Positions 1-11,840 of a stretch of 64,000 nt of DNA are shown here, in pieces. Position numbers and translations under genes: made by a program. The notes beneath the pieces are model-generated. The model was not told the origin of the DNA. It worked only from the letters and a program-made list of their open reading frames with translations, and did not search any database. The stretch comes from Antedon mediterranea. Taxonomy: Eukaryota > Animalia > Echinodermata. The stretch is from contig NC_092671.1 in assembly GCF_964355755.1 (NCBI RefSeq), forward strand, positions 6,138,001 through 6,202,000. The letters are read 5' to 3'. Each line of letters starts with the position of its first letter. Positions within the stretch are counted from its first letter, which is position 1.

Positions 1-203
1 ATATATTTATACAAAAAACACTAAAACTTGTTGCCTCCGCAATTAAACAAGTCTAATGAAACAGCATACTTCTAAAATTATTTAAAAATACATTTTACTA
101 TTTTATATTATGCCAACACCATATGAAAGGTATTAATGTTTACAATATAACTATGAAATACCAAATGGAAAAATGAAATATGTATGTTTGGTGTTCAACT
201 TAC

Positions 204-3200
204 AGTCCATTGTGATTAATATCAAATCTGTCACTCAGTTCGTCCAGTTCAACATTTGATAAATTTAGCTTTAGGTCATGAGACAGACTCTGCAAAAATA
301 AGTAAAAATATGCCGCATAAAGTATGTCTTTTTTTGATTATGTGAATTGTTTAAAAAAAAATGAATAGTAAAATGTATGGTTTGAAAAATAAATAGTAAA
401 ATATATTGTTTAAAAATAAATAGTAATATAAATTGTTTACAAAATGAATAGTAAAATGTATTGTTTAAAAAATGAATAGTAAAATGTATTGTTTAAAAAA
501 TGAATAGTAAAATGTATTGTTTTCTGGGTATCATTTCATTCAATGGGTTTTAGCTCAGTTCTTAATTTACATGATACATTTTATGATTATGGTTGAGTGA
601 GAACTCCGTTAAGAAGTGAACTTACATGGAAATCTGAGATTGGTACACAAGTTGAACCCTGTGGGTCCAATTCTCTTAAAGTTTGCTTGATATAGCTCCA
701 ATTTTTAACGATCTAAAAAAAATAGTAGATTAAAAAGCTCGAAAATGACAGTACAATATGGTGCTTCTTCAAGACAGGCTTGATTTAGTTGCAGTTAAAA
801 AAATTTAAAATTAATATGATAAATTACACCATTTTAAATTTATAACTACAGTATACAGTAAGTTATTTTAGAAATACCAAAATAATAAAGCTAAAATCTA
901 CCCAAGGAATTTTAATTTGACCAATAAAATGTTGTTTGTCTTCTAACAGGAACAAAGAATATGAACACCGGTGCCCCGTTATAGTTAACACGCTTTCTAC
1001 CCGGAAACCGTCTTATTCCTACAACGCATACATGTGGTAGGTATTAGATAGCAGATTTCCGTTGATTTATTTTAAACAACATTCAGACTGTTTTGAAAGA
1101 AGTCTGTTTATGAAGGTGTAAAATGACAGATAGAATGACATTTATAATTTTTGACCTGAACAGCCATTAGCAGTAAAGTCTACACTATCAAACTAGTTTG
1201 ACAAAAAAAGTGTGATATGCCCAAATATGGTAGTGATATGTTCAAATATGGTAGTGATATGACATCATCATGTCCATATATGGGCACATCACATTTTTTT
1301 GTCACATAAAGTTTGATAGTATAGACAGGGCTTAAGAGTCTTTTATTCTGTGCATGATCAGGAACATTTGAGAAAACGAAAGGTCGCTAGTGTCTGATAT
1401 AGCAAGTCCCAAACTATTTTCATATAATTTTTTTTTTTAAGGTATATTTTAATGCATCATTTGTTATGAAAATAAAGTTTAAATTTTCATGTGTATCCTT
1501 TATATTTCCTGTAAGCATCACAAGGGACATCAGACTCAGGCATGGAAATGAGTTTATTGGCAAATTGCCATAATATCAAGAATCCTCTTGAAAGAACAAT
1601 AGACTTAGGTGTCTCTTGAGAACATGGGTAAAGCAGTCGTGAAGAGTGAGATCAAAAAAGTGTTGAATATAGAAATTGTATACAAAATAGTTGTACATAT
1701 GATACAAAAAGACAGCTGCAGTCATTTGAATAATTGTATAAAAACGGTATCCTAAATGTTGTGAACATTTTTTATGAATATGTTCTGGAAAAATCCCTGC
1801 GACAAAAATGGTTACCTTTGGCGATATTTTTTTGATAATACTTGATTGATATTCGAACTGTTTTTTGTTTGTAGAATCATCATCCATCTTGTTCCCAACA
1901 AAGTTCAAACCCAAAGATTGGCTGCTCTTCAATGCGTCTACAAAATAAAGTAACTTCCTATTAAAAGCTCCTGTCATCAAAAGATGGAGAATTTGATGAT
2001 TCAAGTTCATTCAAGCACAATGGATTGAAACAAAGTAAAGCGTCGTTCAAAACTAGAAAATTATAAATACGGTGTGAACAAGCCTCTAAGGCTCTGTCTA
2101 CACTATCAAACTAGTATGATACTGATATGACATCATCATATCCATATATAGGCACATCACATAAGTTTGATAGTGTAGACAGAGCTTAAGTTATACACAA
2201 TTCATGACATAGTGTAAAAAAAACAATGATTAAATACTAATAATCATAAATATGGGGGGATTAGGTACTAATACACACTAATTAATAGAATTGGGTCATT
2301 TTATTTCTTAATATGTATATTTTATAAATGGTGACATTTAAAACATACCTGTTTCTTTTTTGACAGACATAAAGTAAGCATAGACTTCTGCATAATCAAC
2401 CACGCCATCCTTGGATAGGTTCATTGAGGTCCATAGATGCTGTAGTTCTGTAGGATGTAGCTGAACACCAAGCCTAAAAACAGCAAGACAAATTGGTAAA
2501 TAAATAACAGTATTGTCAAATAATTAAAATGTTATTTTTAATACAGTTATATTGTCAAAATTGTATATTTAAAAGATCCATCCATAGGACTCATCAATAC
2601 AGCAAAATGATTCAAATGCATTATTCGGAAATAATTGACCTCTTAACTTCGTTCGTACAGCTCTGTCTACACTATCAAAAGTTTGACAAGAAAAGTGTGG
2701 TGTGCCCAAATATGGTGGTGATATGCCCAAATATGGTAGTAATATGACATCATCATGTTTATATATTTTTTGTCACATAAAGTTTGATAGTGTAGACAAA
2801 GCTTAAAACTATAGTCTACAGTATCTATCTATATTTTTATTACACTTACTTCTGAAGCCAGCAATACATCTGTGTCCGTGACATCTTTCCAGTAGATTTT
2901 GTATCTAATCGTTGGAAAGCTTCTAGGCAAATTGAGCTTTTATGAATGGCCTCTTGAATTTGATAATTCAACTAAAAAGATCAAGATTACAAAAAGGTCA
3001 ATAAAATTAAATATACTATGATACATATAGCTTAAAACAAATTGAAAATTAATACTGCCACATTACAGTTGTTGAATCTGACAAACTTATTAAGCCTCTT
3101 TCACATTACTTAGAAAAACTCACACACTGGGCATCAACACCGGGGTTTTGCTAGGCAATGTGTAAATGGTTCTTAATTCGACACAGTTATAGATCTATTA

Positions 3201-6200
3201 TTTATTCATTCCTTTCAGTGAAACGTAAAAAGGGAGCACTGAGGAGAGACAAGAGCTGTCAAAGACATTACTTATGCATTCTTTAATTACTTATTTTGGA
3301 ATTATTCAACTATCAAACAAACCTCAGTGACTGATCTGTATCTAGTTTCCATTTTTTTGCTCTGATATTTGGCTTCAAACTTTACTTCAGGGCTATTTAC
3401 ATGTCTATCTTCTTGTTGTTTTGGTGATTGTCTTGGACTGGACTTTCTTTTGTGTCCTGATTGCGCAGTAGAGTGTGTAGATATAGATTGAGGCCTATAA
3501 AATGAAAAAAAGAAAATGTTAAAACAGTTTAACACTATAAGCTATATAAAGAACACCTTTGTAGTGCTTCAAGATTTTACATGTTAAAATAAAGTATTTA
3601 TTATTATTAAAAATATAAAACAAACTCCGAAAAAGTGAGGCAAGCCATTATGATTCTATATTTCAAACTTATTTATTTATCTTCATGAATAAAATGATCA
3701 TATATCAAATTAATTAGTGTACAGACCCTATGATAAGCTATGCAGTTTCTCAAATTGTTACTTAATTATCTAATAATTCTTTTACCTCTTTTTATTAAAA
3801 AGACCAAGAAATTCTGGATAAGGTACAAGACCATCTTCTTCAAGACTGAACTGTAATAGGATGCTTTTAAGATCATCTTCTGCCAGTGATATATTGAACA
3901 CCTGTTCAATTGTCCTCTGAAACAACCTCTTGTTAACAACTTGGATATTTGCTACATCAGCTTGTCTGCAAAATAATGGCATGGATTTGAAGATTTGGAA
4001 GAGGTTAGTTCTTAATATTACACACTTAACCACCAATTTAGGTAGAAGGGCCTAGACCAGAAACCTCCTTCTCTCCTTCATAAAAACAAAACTTCACTTG
4101 ACATGACAAACTAGGGCCTATAGTTTATATTGGTTATCATAGATGATCTTCTACAACACTAGTATGCAACTTATAACAGAGGTATGGTACCACTTATAGA
4201 AACCTATTGTAATTTAAGATATTACCTGAAAGCAGCCAGCAGCCTTAGAAAACAGCTATGCAAGACCTCAACTAGCTTGGCTTCAGTATCCTCGGCAGAT
4301 AAATTACCTCTAGCAGGTCCTGTTACTATATTAAATCTACAAACAAAATAATAGTAATAATAGTTATTTAGAAAGGAATTTTAGTTTAAAGATATTAATG
4401 TATCAATGTAACTATGTAACAATGTAACTGCACAGATTAATTTTGTGTATAGGTAAAAAAGTTTATGGCTGTATTGAGAATGGATATCAAACAACAAATG
4501 CAATGTAAATAATTATTGATAAACTCAAAATATGTTTGGTGCCGTACATCAGCAGTTCCTGTTTCTTACCTGTGATTAGTATTCAACATCACCTTGTGGG
4601 CAATGCCATGTTCAGATCTTGTCATGAACATATACAGAAAATCCTTGTAGCTGGCATTTCCAGTTCCTCTTTTAGCTCTGCATCTAGAAAATACAAATAC
4701 ACAATATTAGACATATTGTTACTTTATTAAAATATAAATTAATGAATATTCATTTCCCTTTTGAGCAGAATGTGAGCACAATTATAATTCCAACTCCATG
4801 AATTAATTGATTTACTTCGAAAATAACTGAAGATCAAAAGAAACTTACTTTTCCACAAGTTTGTCCAATTCCGTAAGAGCTACTGGAATGTTGTGCTTTC
4901 TGAGGACAGTCTGAAGATTCTCAAAAGTGATGCTGCCATTGCCATCAGCAAGATTTTTACAAGATGTCATCATTGCTAGGAAGTTCTCCTCAACCTACAG
5001 ACATTGTACAAAAAATGTCCCTATTAATATGTTCTATTGTAAATTTTTACAGTACTAAAAATATTCAAATAGGTAACTTGATTTTGCTATTGGCCTGTTC
5101 AACCTAAAAGTTGTATATTGTACTGCATTCTAGACTCTCTAGTAATGCAGTAATAACTGCTACTTTTTATATTCCATACCCTTAGTAGCAGACTTTCATG
5201 TACATCAACATCCATGTCTACTTCATTAGTTCTTAAATTATCTTCATTTACTATTTTCTTTGCATGAATATTTCTCTAATATTCTCTTTTACTGCAGCAA
5301 TATTAATGATTTTCTCATTTTGCTTTATAATTGTTTTTTTTGTCACATAAAATTAAATAGAATATTAGAAGAATACCTTGCTGAAAATGAACGACATGAT
5401 ATCATTGTAAGGGTACCACTGGCTGTTGAAGACACTTTTACTCAGGCCATTTTTTGGAGACTTGTGATGATTCTGATTGCCATTGTGTTTTCCAATGTTA
5501 TTCTGTAAAATAGAAAAGTCTCATGTTTCACATCAAAAGGCATTGAGAAAATCTAAACCAACTGGACACTGAAAATTAAATTTATGGTGAAGTTAAAAAT
5601 GTATGAATAGTGCAGTTAAAGAAGAATGAGAAAAAGCTGCTCAAACCAAGAATTTTCTGCTTTGTTAAATGGTTACCTGGAGTGGTATGCTTTGATGGTC
5701 TATTGCATACGATGATACAGTTGATACTAGACTCTGTTTAGTCTTTATCTTTCCTTTGGCATCCAAACCCAGCTTATTAAAAAATGAAACTGAAGTCAAT
5801 ATACCAGTGTTTTCTACATCATATCTAGAAAAGTAGAAAAGTAATTACAAAAAATGGTTACTCAGTATATTTGGTCAAATTTCTTAGTTGCATATTCAGG
5901 AGAGTTTAAAGTAGACCTATATAGAGAAGAATAGTAGACAAAACATTATAGGAATTTTAATTCTCAATGAATAAAACAAAAACGTAAATAACATAAAAAG
6001 GTAAAAACATACACTGATACAATGCAGAAACAAAACACAATTAAATGACTACTGAAAGATATTAAAGCACAAAAATGTTTTGCTTTGCTTAAAAGATGTT
6101 TATTTTGCAAAAAATTGTATTAACATACTTTTCCCATAGTTTTTGCATTTCATAATCGTCAAGCAACACACCAATGCTTGCAAGGCACTCTTGAAGTTGA

Positions 6201-9200
6201 GGGGGTAAGATGACTGCAGATTTATCAAAACAGGATGGTGCTAAATGGTCTTTCAAGTTGAAATCACTGAAATAAAAAAGGTGAATACACCATCATATAG
6301 TAGAAAAGTATTAAGGGACACCTTTTCTAGATCATAACACATTGTCCACTTAAATAGGAAGTCATAATGTTAATGGCCATAATGTTAAATATAATAACCC
6401 TGAACAAGGGTTGGCTGTAGTGTTAAAGCATATGTTGCTCTTCATTCCACAGGAAAAGTGTCCCTGAATAGATGTGTTGCTAAATAGTGTTGATCTTCCT
6501 ACAGTATACAAAACCAAGTAAAAGAAAATAGTGCTTATCATTTCAGACTTGAACCCACACTTGCTATGGCTACTGTGAGTCCTTACTCAATCAGCCACTT
6601 GATAATGATAACATAGTCATTTAAGAGACATCTTTAATAATAAATTAATAGAAGTCTTTATAGTCTTTAGGAATATGAGAGGTTTGTTTTATTATCAAAT
6701 TTCTAACCAATTGTTGCATATTTCTTAATTAAAGCTCTCAATGGAAATTCTTGTGAACAATTCGTAATACTGAGATAATTAATTTATTAAAATGACAAAA
6801 TTGTGTTAATTTCATGGTTGTTCATTAAGTGTCTATAATACACTATAATTTAGTGAGATTATTTAATTGTGATTGTCATGGTAACAGATAAAAACTTTCA
6901 AATGCTTTAATAAGGCAGATGATATTAAATCAAAAAGATTTTTATTGAAGGTTATTTGCAACAAGATACAACTATTATGTAATCTTAATAATTTGATATA
7001 ATGAATAAATTAATATATCTGTAGTAATTATAAATCAACAATTGGTGTTCATAGGGTATTAATAAATAATCAAATAAAATCATTAGCATGTTGTGTGGGG
7101 AAGCTCAAACCTCCAATTTATTTCAATAGTAATTAAGTGGCTTTTATTTTTTGTGTACTTCATGCCTCTAAAGCTCTGTCTACACTATCAAACTAGTTTG
7201 ACAAAAAAGTGTGATGTGCCCAAAAATAGTAGTAATATGCCCAAATATGGTAGTGGTATGACATCATCATGTCCATATATCACACATCACATTTTTTTGT
7301 CACATAAAGTTTGATAGTGTAGACAAGGCTTAACCCTAGACTCGCCCCTAAGGAGGATATTATAAACCATTTTTGTTAGATATAGCTCATACCTTCGTTT
7401 GCATTTATCTTTCAGAAGAGCATTAGCATATGTAGCTAATACGTAGTCACCATCTTCATAATGGTTGCCAAGTGTGCGATCTCGAAGATTTTCTTCAGGC
7501 TGGTCTCTCTTGCGTTGTTGGGCGTACACTTCCTTACGTTTACATGGACTCATCCATTCTTTTCTCACGGTCTGTATTAAACATGATATATTGTAAAATT
7601 AATAGCTAATTGGCTTGGTAGGTATTTGACTCACATTTTGTAGTGGGTTTCTTTTTTGAATACAACTGGCAACTGTACTCAAGTTAAAATTATACTCGCC
7701 TCAGATTTTTGGAAAACTGACAAAAATTCATCAAATGAAATTAGATTTTTAGATTCAAAACCAAGCCTGGAAAAACAAATATTCATAATCATAAGCAGTA
7801 AGCCAAGACAAGAAGGAAATTGAGTATTTAAAAGACAAAAAATAAATATATAGTTGTTATATAACGATAACAAATGTTAATAAGCATTTAAGAGAGCAAT
7901 AACCCAGTGGATGTAATTCTTCAGTATTATTTCCAAACAGAAATCTACCATTTCAATGGTTATAATTTATTTTATCATTTTATTATTTTCGAAAATCACA
8001 AATACAATAATAAACAGACTACAAATGGCTTGATAGCTTCTGTCGCCGATTTGGCGTGCCACTCCAACATTGATATGATAATATATGATAACATAAAGTA
8101 TTATAATTTAATCTCACCTCTCAAGAAGTTTATGAACTTGTTTAGTTGTCAGATAACCAACTAAGTGATATAAAATTCTGCACAGTCCTGCTCTTGAAAT
8201 GACCCCTGACCCTTGAGGATCATTTGCTTTGAAGAGTTGTTTGACTCCATGGAAACCAGTAGTTAAACTTTCTTTTACTAGTTCATACAACTGAAAATAA
8301 AGGCAATTTTTAAATTAAAAAGCTTGAATTAGAATTGTTTCAGTTTCCAGTTGAGGAAACTTTCAAGTAGATTATACACTGGTAATAGGTCAGTTGATTG
8401 CCATTGAGATGAGTCAATTGATTATTTGTTGAGTGGACAGAACAGATAATAAGGATTACCGCTAATCTATTCTTAAAATCACATATGAAGGTCTGACTTG
8501 TTCAATTGTTTTCCATGGTATAATTATTAAGAAAAGTACAATGGTGTTAGGGTTTGAAGTACTGTAGGTATATTTTGTAGCCAAGTTTAGGTGTACTTAC
8601 AGATCAAACAAAGTTTATAAACTCAATTTGATTAATAATATTGATAAATTAATTTGATAAACAGTTAATTATACCATAAATTCTTGTTTTGATTTTTAAA
8701 TAAGATTTTAAAAAGTAGCAGTTATTTCTATATTATTTCTATCTTACCAAACAAAAGTCCTGTATAGTAGGCCTCTTAGCATACATACAATATTGTGTTT
8801 AATAGTAGTATGCTTAATTCAGTAATAAACTTTTTCTTAACATGGCAGGGACAATCCCCAAATCAGTCCCCAATAGATAACCTATGACCTATTAAGAGTC
8901 TGTCTGCTACTCCAAAGTTTATCTTTGCTTTTTGTGCCATTTAAATGGTTGTGTCTGGGATAAGTGTTTTCGATCATTATATTCTAAACCTTTGAACACG
9001 ATTAAACAAACTGACTATGGCTACCATAGTAATAATTGATTTTTAAATGTTCTCTATCTGATCATGAGTTTGATTCTTTTATAATTCAAATAAAAAAAAT
9101 AATGATGATTGCTCATTATATTTTTTATTGTAATTTAATTTAATGTAATGTTGACTAAGATCAAAACATGGAATAATAATTTCTCTTTTAGTATTTAATG

Positions 9201-10661
9201 TTTAAACTTTAATGTCATTTTAACATTCAATATGATTTGGTTCTCTTTAGAAACCTGTTACCTCTTCTGAGCTGTATTTGCATCGTGGAATGCCGCTAAT
9301 CATGGTTTGTTTTGGTATTTTCGCTGTTTGCTGTCCCGCTTTGACCTCATGAACTTTAAGAACAATTGAATACATGAAATTAAAAAATAAATAGTTTATT
9401 AGTGTTATTAATATAAAATACTATTCTTTATAATCGTGTTAATATTGTACAGTAATGAAAAAGTAGGCCTAGGATTAAAGTAAAAACATTACAATGCAAA
9501 AGATAGATCATTAAGGGTCAGCACTGGTAGTTAGGTTAGATTATATCCTACCATAGACCATTATGATGGGATGTTAGGAAAGAAGGGAAGGAGTGGGGGG
9601 GGGGGGGGGGTGGTGGTGCTTCGGAGAAAGAAGATATACTAAATTTATGTAGGTTTACATCAGTATAGTATTGCAATTGGTTTACATGTAATACTTTTAG
9701 TTGACCCATATAATTTTATCATAATTCCAACAGACATTTGTGCTATTTATTTTTATGAAAAATAAGATTTAAACAAAATATGAAAAATTATATTTTATAT
9801 TCTATCTTCTCATCTGTTTATATGAAGTTTACAAATTATAATCTTAAAAAGACCACAACTAAAGTATATATGAAACAGATTGATTCAAACATGTAGCCTC
9901 ATTATCCTCATACAGTTTTTTGCATATAAAGCTGACCCCTGGAAATAATACTTTCTCAAAATTTGGACCGGTGATGTGGAACGAACTCCCGTCAGTGATC
10001 CGGGAACAAACCACGGTTTTAAAATTTAAAAAAGCCCTCAAAACACATCTATTTCCTAAGAAGTAACTCATTGTTGGGTCTGCTGATGTAAAGCGCTTTG
10101 ATCATTTTACACTAATTTGGAAAAGCACTATATAAATAAAATAATAATAATAAATAATAATATAAGTAGGCCTACTTAGTACCTCATGAGGAGACATTGA
10201 ATAAGTGTCCTCTAACTGTAAACTTAAGTCTGATATGATGGCCTAGGCATAGCTAAATTTTAGACATTTGTGCTATTGACACACGTTATAAAAGAATTCT
10301 TGATAATAAAAATAACATTGATATGTAATAACATTTTTTCTTTACTTAATGCATTTAATAACATATAATATTACTATATGTGGCAGCTAATATAGTGGCT
10401 GGATACCTTACCTGGAGGCCATGTTAACATACGATTATGTTTATGAAGAGGACAGCTTTCAGGGCGTAGGCGTAATGCTGGCAACAGATCTACCCGGCTC
10501 CACCCAGAGTTAACAGACATCGGCCTAGGGTTGCCATCTGATGTTGATAACCCAATGACATTCAAGGTATTGTAGTCTCCTAACCTGCTCTTGGGATGCT
10601 GAATGACGGGTAGATTTGCAGGCCGTGATGCCGGAGATTGTCTTGGCGATAATGAAGGCAT
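204..10661 (-). CDS. Multi-exon EF-hand calcium-binding protein, EFCAB6-like (at least ~810 aa; 3' end uncertain, at or beyond the window start)
   Basis: 18 coding exons joined by hand with consistent splice phases and no internal stop: 10661-10412, 9353-9262, 8290-8118, 7766-7700, 7571-7393, 6266-6129, 5824-5677, 5502-5377, 4994-4849, 4683-4570, 4336-4226, 3965-3786, 3494-3323, 2971-2850, 2473-2349, 1937-1816, 712-626, 289-204. Repeated degenerate EF-hand loops: FKANDPQGSGVISRAGL, YDVENTGILTS, ADGNGSITFENL, EEDGLVPYPEFL, LDTKSTGKMSR, SKDGVVDYAEV, LDPQGSTCVPISDF, FDINHNG. The EFCAB6-family call rests on this architecture, not a database search. Confidence 0.88.
345..522. repeat. Intronic minisatellite, ~29-bp unit (AAAAAATGAATAGTAAAATGTATTGTTT), ~6 copies
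   Basis: Directly visible tandem repeat. Confidence 0.85.
1174..1335 (+). mobile_element. PIF/Harbinger-type (Tourist-like) MITE, family A
   Basis: Family TIR AGCTCTGTCTACACTATCAAACT (left end partly deleted); TAA on both flanks. Confidence 0.85.
2087..2189 (+). mobile_element. MITE family A, internally deleted
   Basis: Both TIRs present; TAA TSD. Confidence 0.85.
2659..2806 (+). mobile_element. MITE family A
   Basis: Both TIRs and internal CCCAAATATGGTAGTGATATG subrepeats. Confidence 0.85.
7169..7333 (+). mobile_element. MITE family A, full length
   Basis: Both TIRs; TAA TSD. Confidence 0.9.
9930..10165 (+). mobile_element. 5'-truncated L2-clade LINE 3' end
   Basis: Encodes ...NTFSKFGPVMWNELPSVIREQTTVLKFKKALKTHLFPKK*, a typical L2 ORF2 C-terminus. 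Followed by GTAAAGCGCTTTGA...GCACTATATAAAT and a (TAA)n tail. Flanked by ATATAA direct repeats. Confidence 0.85.
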
Positions 10662-10706
10662 CTTTCTGTATATATAATATTACATAATATAATTGTTTGC
10701 TACCTC

Positions 10707-10843
10707 TTAAGCTCTGTCTACACTATCAAACTAGTTTGACAAAATAATTGTGGTATGCCCAAATATGGTAGTGATATGACATCATCATGTATTGTCCATA
10801 TATATGGACACATCTTTTTGTTTGATAGTGTAGACAGAGGTTT
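10707..10843 (+). mobile_element. MITE family A
   Basis: Both TIRs; right end degenerate. Confidence 0.85.
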
Positions 10844-11317
10844 GGAAAAAATGTAATTTTGGCATCACTAAACAATTTTAAGTGTTTAAAGGTTCAGTTA
10901 GCTAGACAATATTATTTATTATAGGCCTAATTTGTTGCTTTTGAAAATTGTAGATACAATAATGTATCAATATAATATATGTTATGAAAAATAAGATTTA
11001 AACAAAATATGAAAAATTATATTTTATTCTATCTTCTCATCTGTTTATATAACAAATTATAATCTTAAAAAGACCACAACTAAAGTATATATGAAACAGA
11101 TTGATTCAAATATGTAGCCTCATTATCCTCATACATTTTTTTGCATATAAGTAGGCCTACTTAGACTTAGTACCTCATAAGGAGACATTGGATAAGTGTC
11201 CTCTAACTGTAAACTTAAGTCTGATGATGGCCTAGGCTATGCACCCGCCTAGACATGGCTAATTTAGACATTATGTTCCTGTTTATGTTAACATTATTAT
11301 TAAAATGTGTGACTTAC

Positions 11318-11500
11318 CTACAAACTTTGATTTAATTACATCATAAAACAATCGGCAGACAGTTTAAATATCATCTTCCCGCAAACTGAAACCAACAAAT
11401 CACAAAGAATTAATTGAAATTTCTAATTGACTTGGTCACGATCAACACATACACGACGTTTGTTTGGTTTTATAGGAGCAACCACAACAGTTTTATGGGT
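11318..11500 (-). other. Probable non-coding first exon of the EF-hand gene (upstream boundary approximate)
   Basis: Strong minus-strand donor TAG|GTAAGT at 11318/11317. The ATG exon has an acceptor (TACAG|AAAGATG) only 4 nt upstream of the start codon, which implies an upstream UTR exon. Confidence 0.6.
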
Positions 11501-11840
11501 AACCAAAACTATCCGGTAAATTTAAATAATTACACTTATCACTTTATCAGAATGTTTTATGTACTACAGTTAGATAAGTATTATTTTTTCGAACAATACA
11601 TAATTTATAATTAAAATAATCAACAATATGAAAGAAATATTCATTAATGATTAAAAACGTTAAATAAAAAGTCACCTAATTAAAATAATCAACGAGTCCA
11701 TATATTGCTAGGTTACCATTAGCCGCGGTGGGGATTCCCTTTGTGGTGGAAGGTGAGTGACGTGTGTGAGTGTGTACTTAAAACATAGAGGGTGCTATTT
11801 CACTTTCTAGTTTTGTTTGTTGTTTTTGTAAATTTTTAGC
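11400..11840. promoter_or_regulatory. Bidirectional (head-to-head) promoter with an RFX X-box-like site and a kappaB-like site
   Basis: The 5' ends of two divergent genes lie within ~500 bp. TTGCTAGGTTACC at 11705-11717 (reverse complement GGTAACCTAGCAA, X-box-like). GGGGATTCCC at 11730-11739. CpG is locally elevated. Confidence 0.55.

Noticed and set aside
53-71. Possible terminal exon of the EF-hand gene (LSMLFH*)
   Set aside because: An acceptor exists and the phase fits, but it would truncate an EF-hand. The true next exon may lie outside the window, so it was left uncalled.
1576-2010. 144-aa ORF as a standalone gene
   Set aside because: Its 1937-1816 portion is the exon needed to keep phase in the EF-hand gene; the remainder is treated as a low-confidence finding.
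9595-9616. Poly-G run as a functional G-quadruplex
   Set aside because: Simple homopolymer with no further support.
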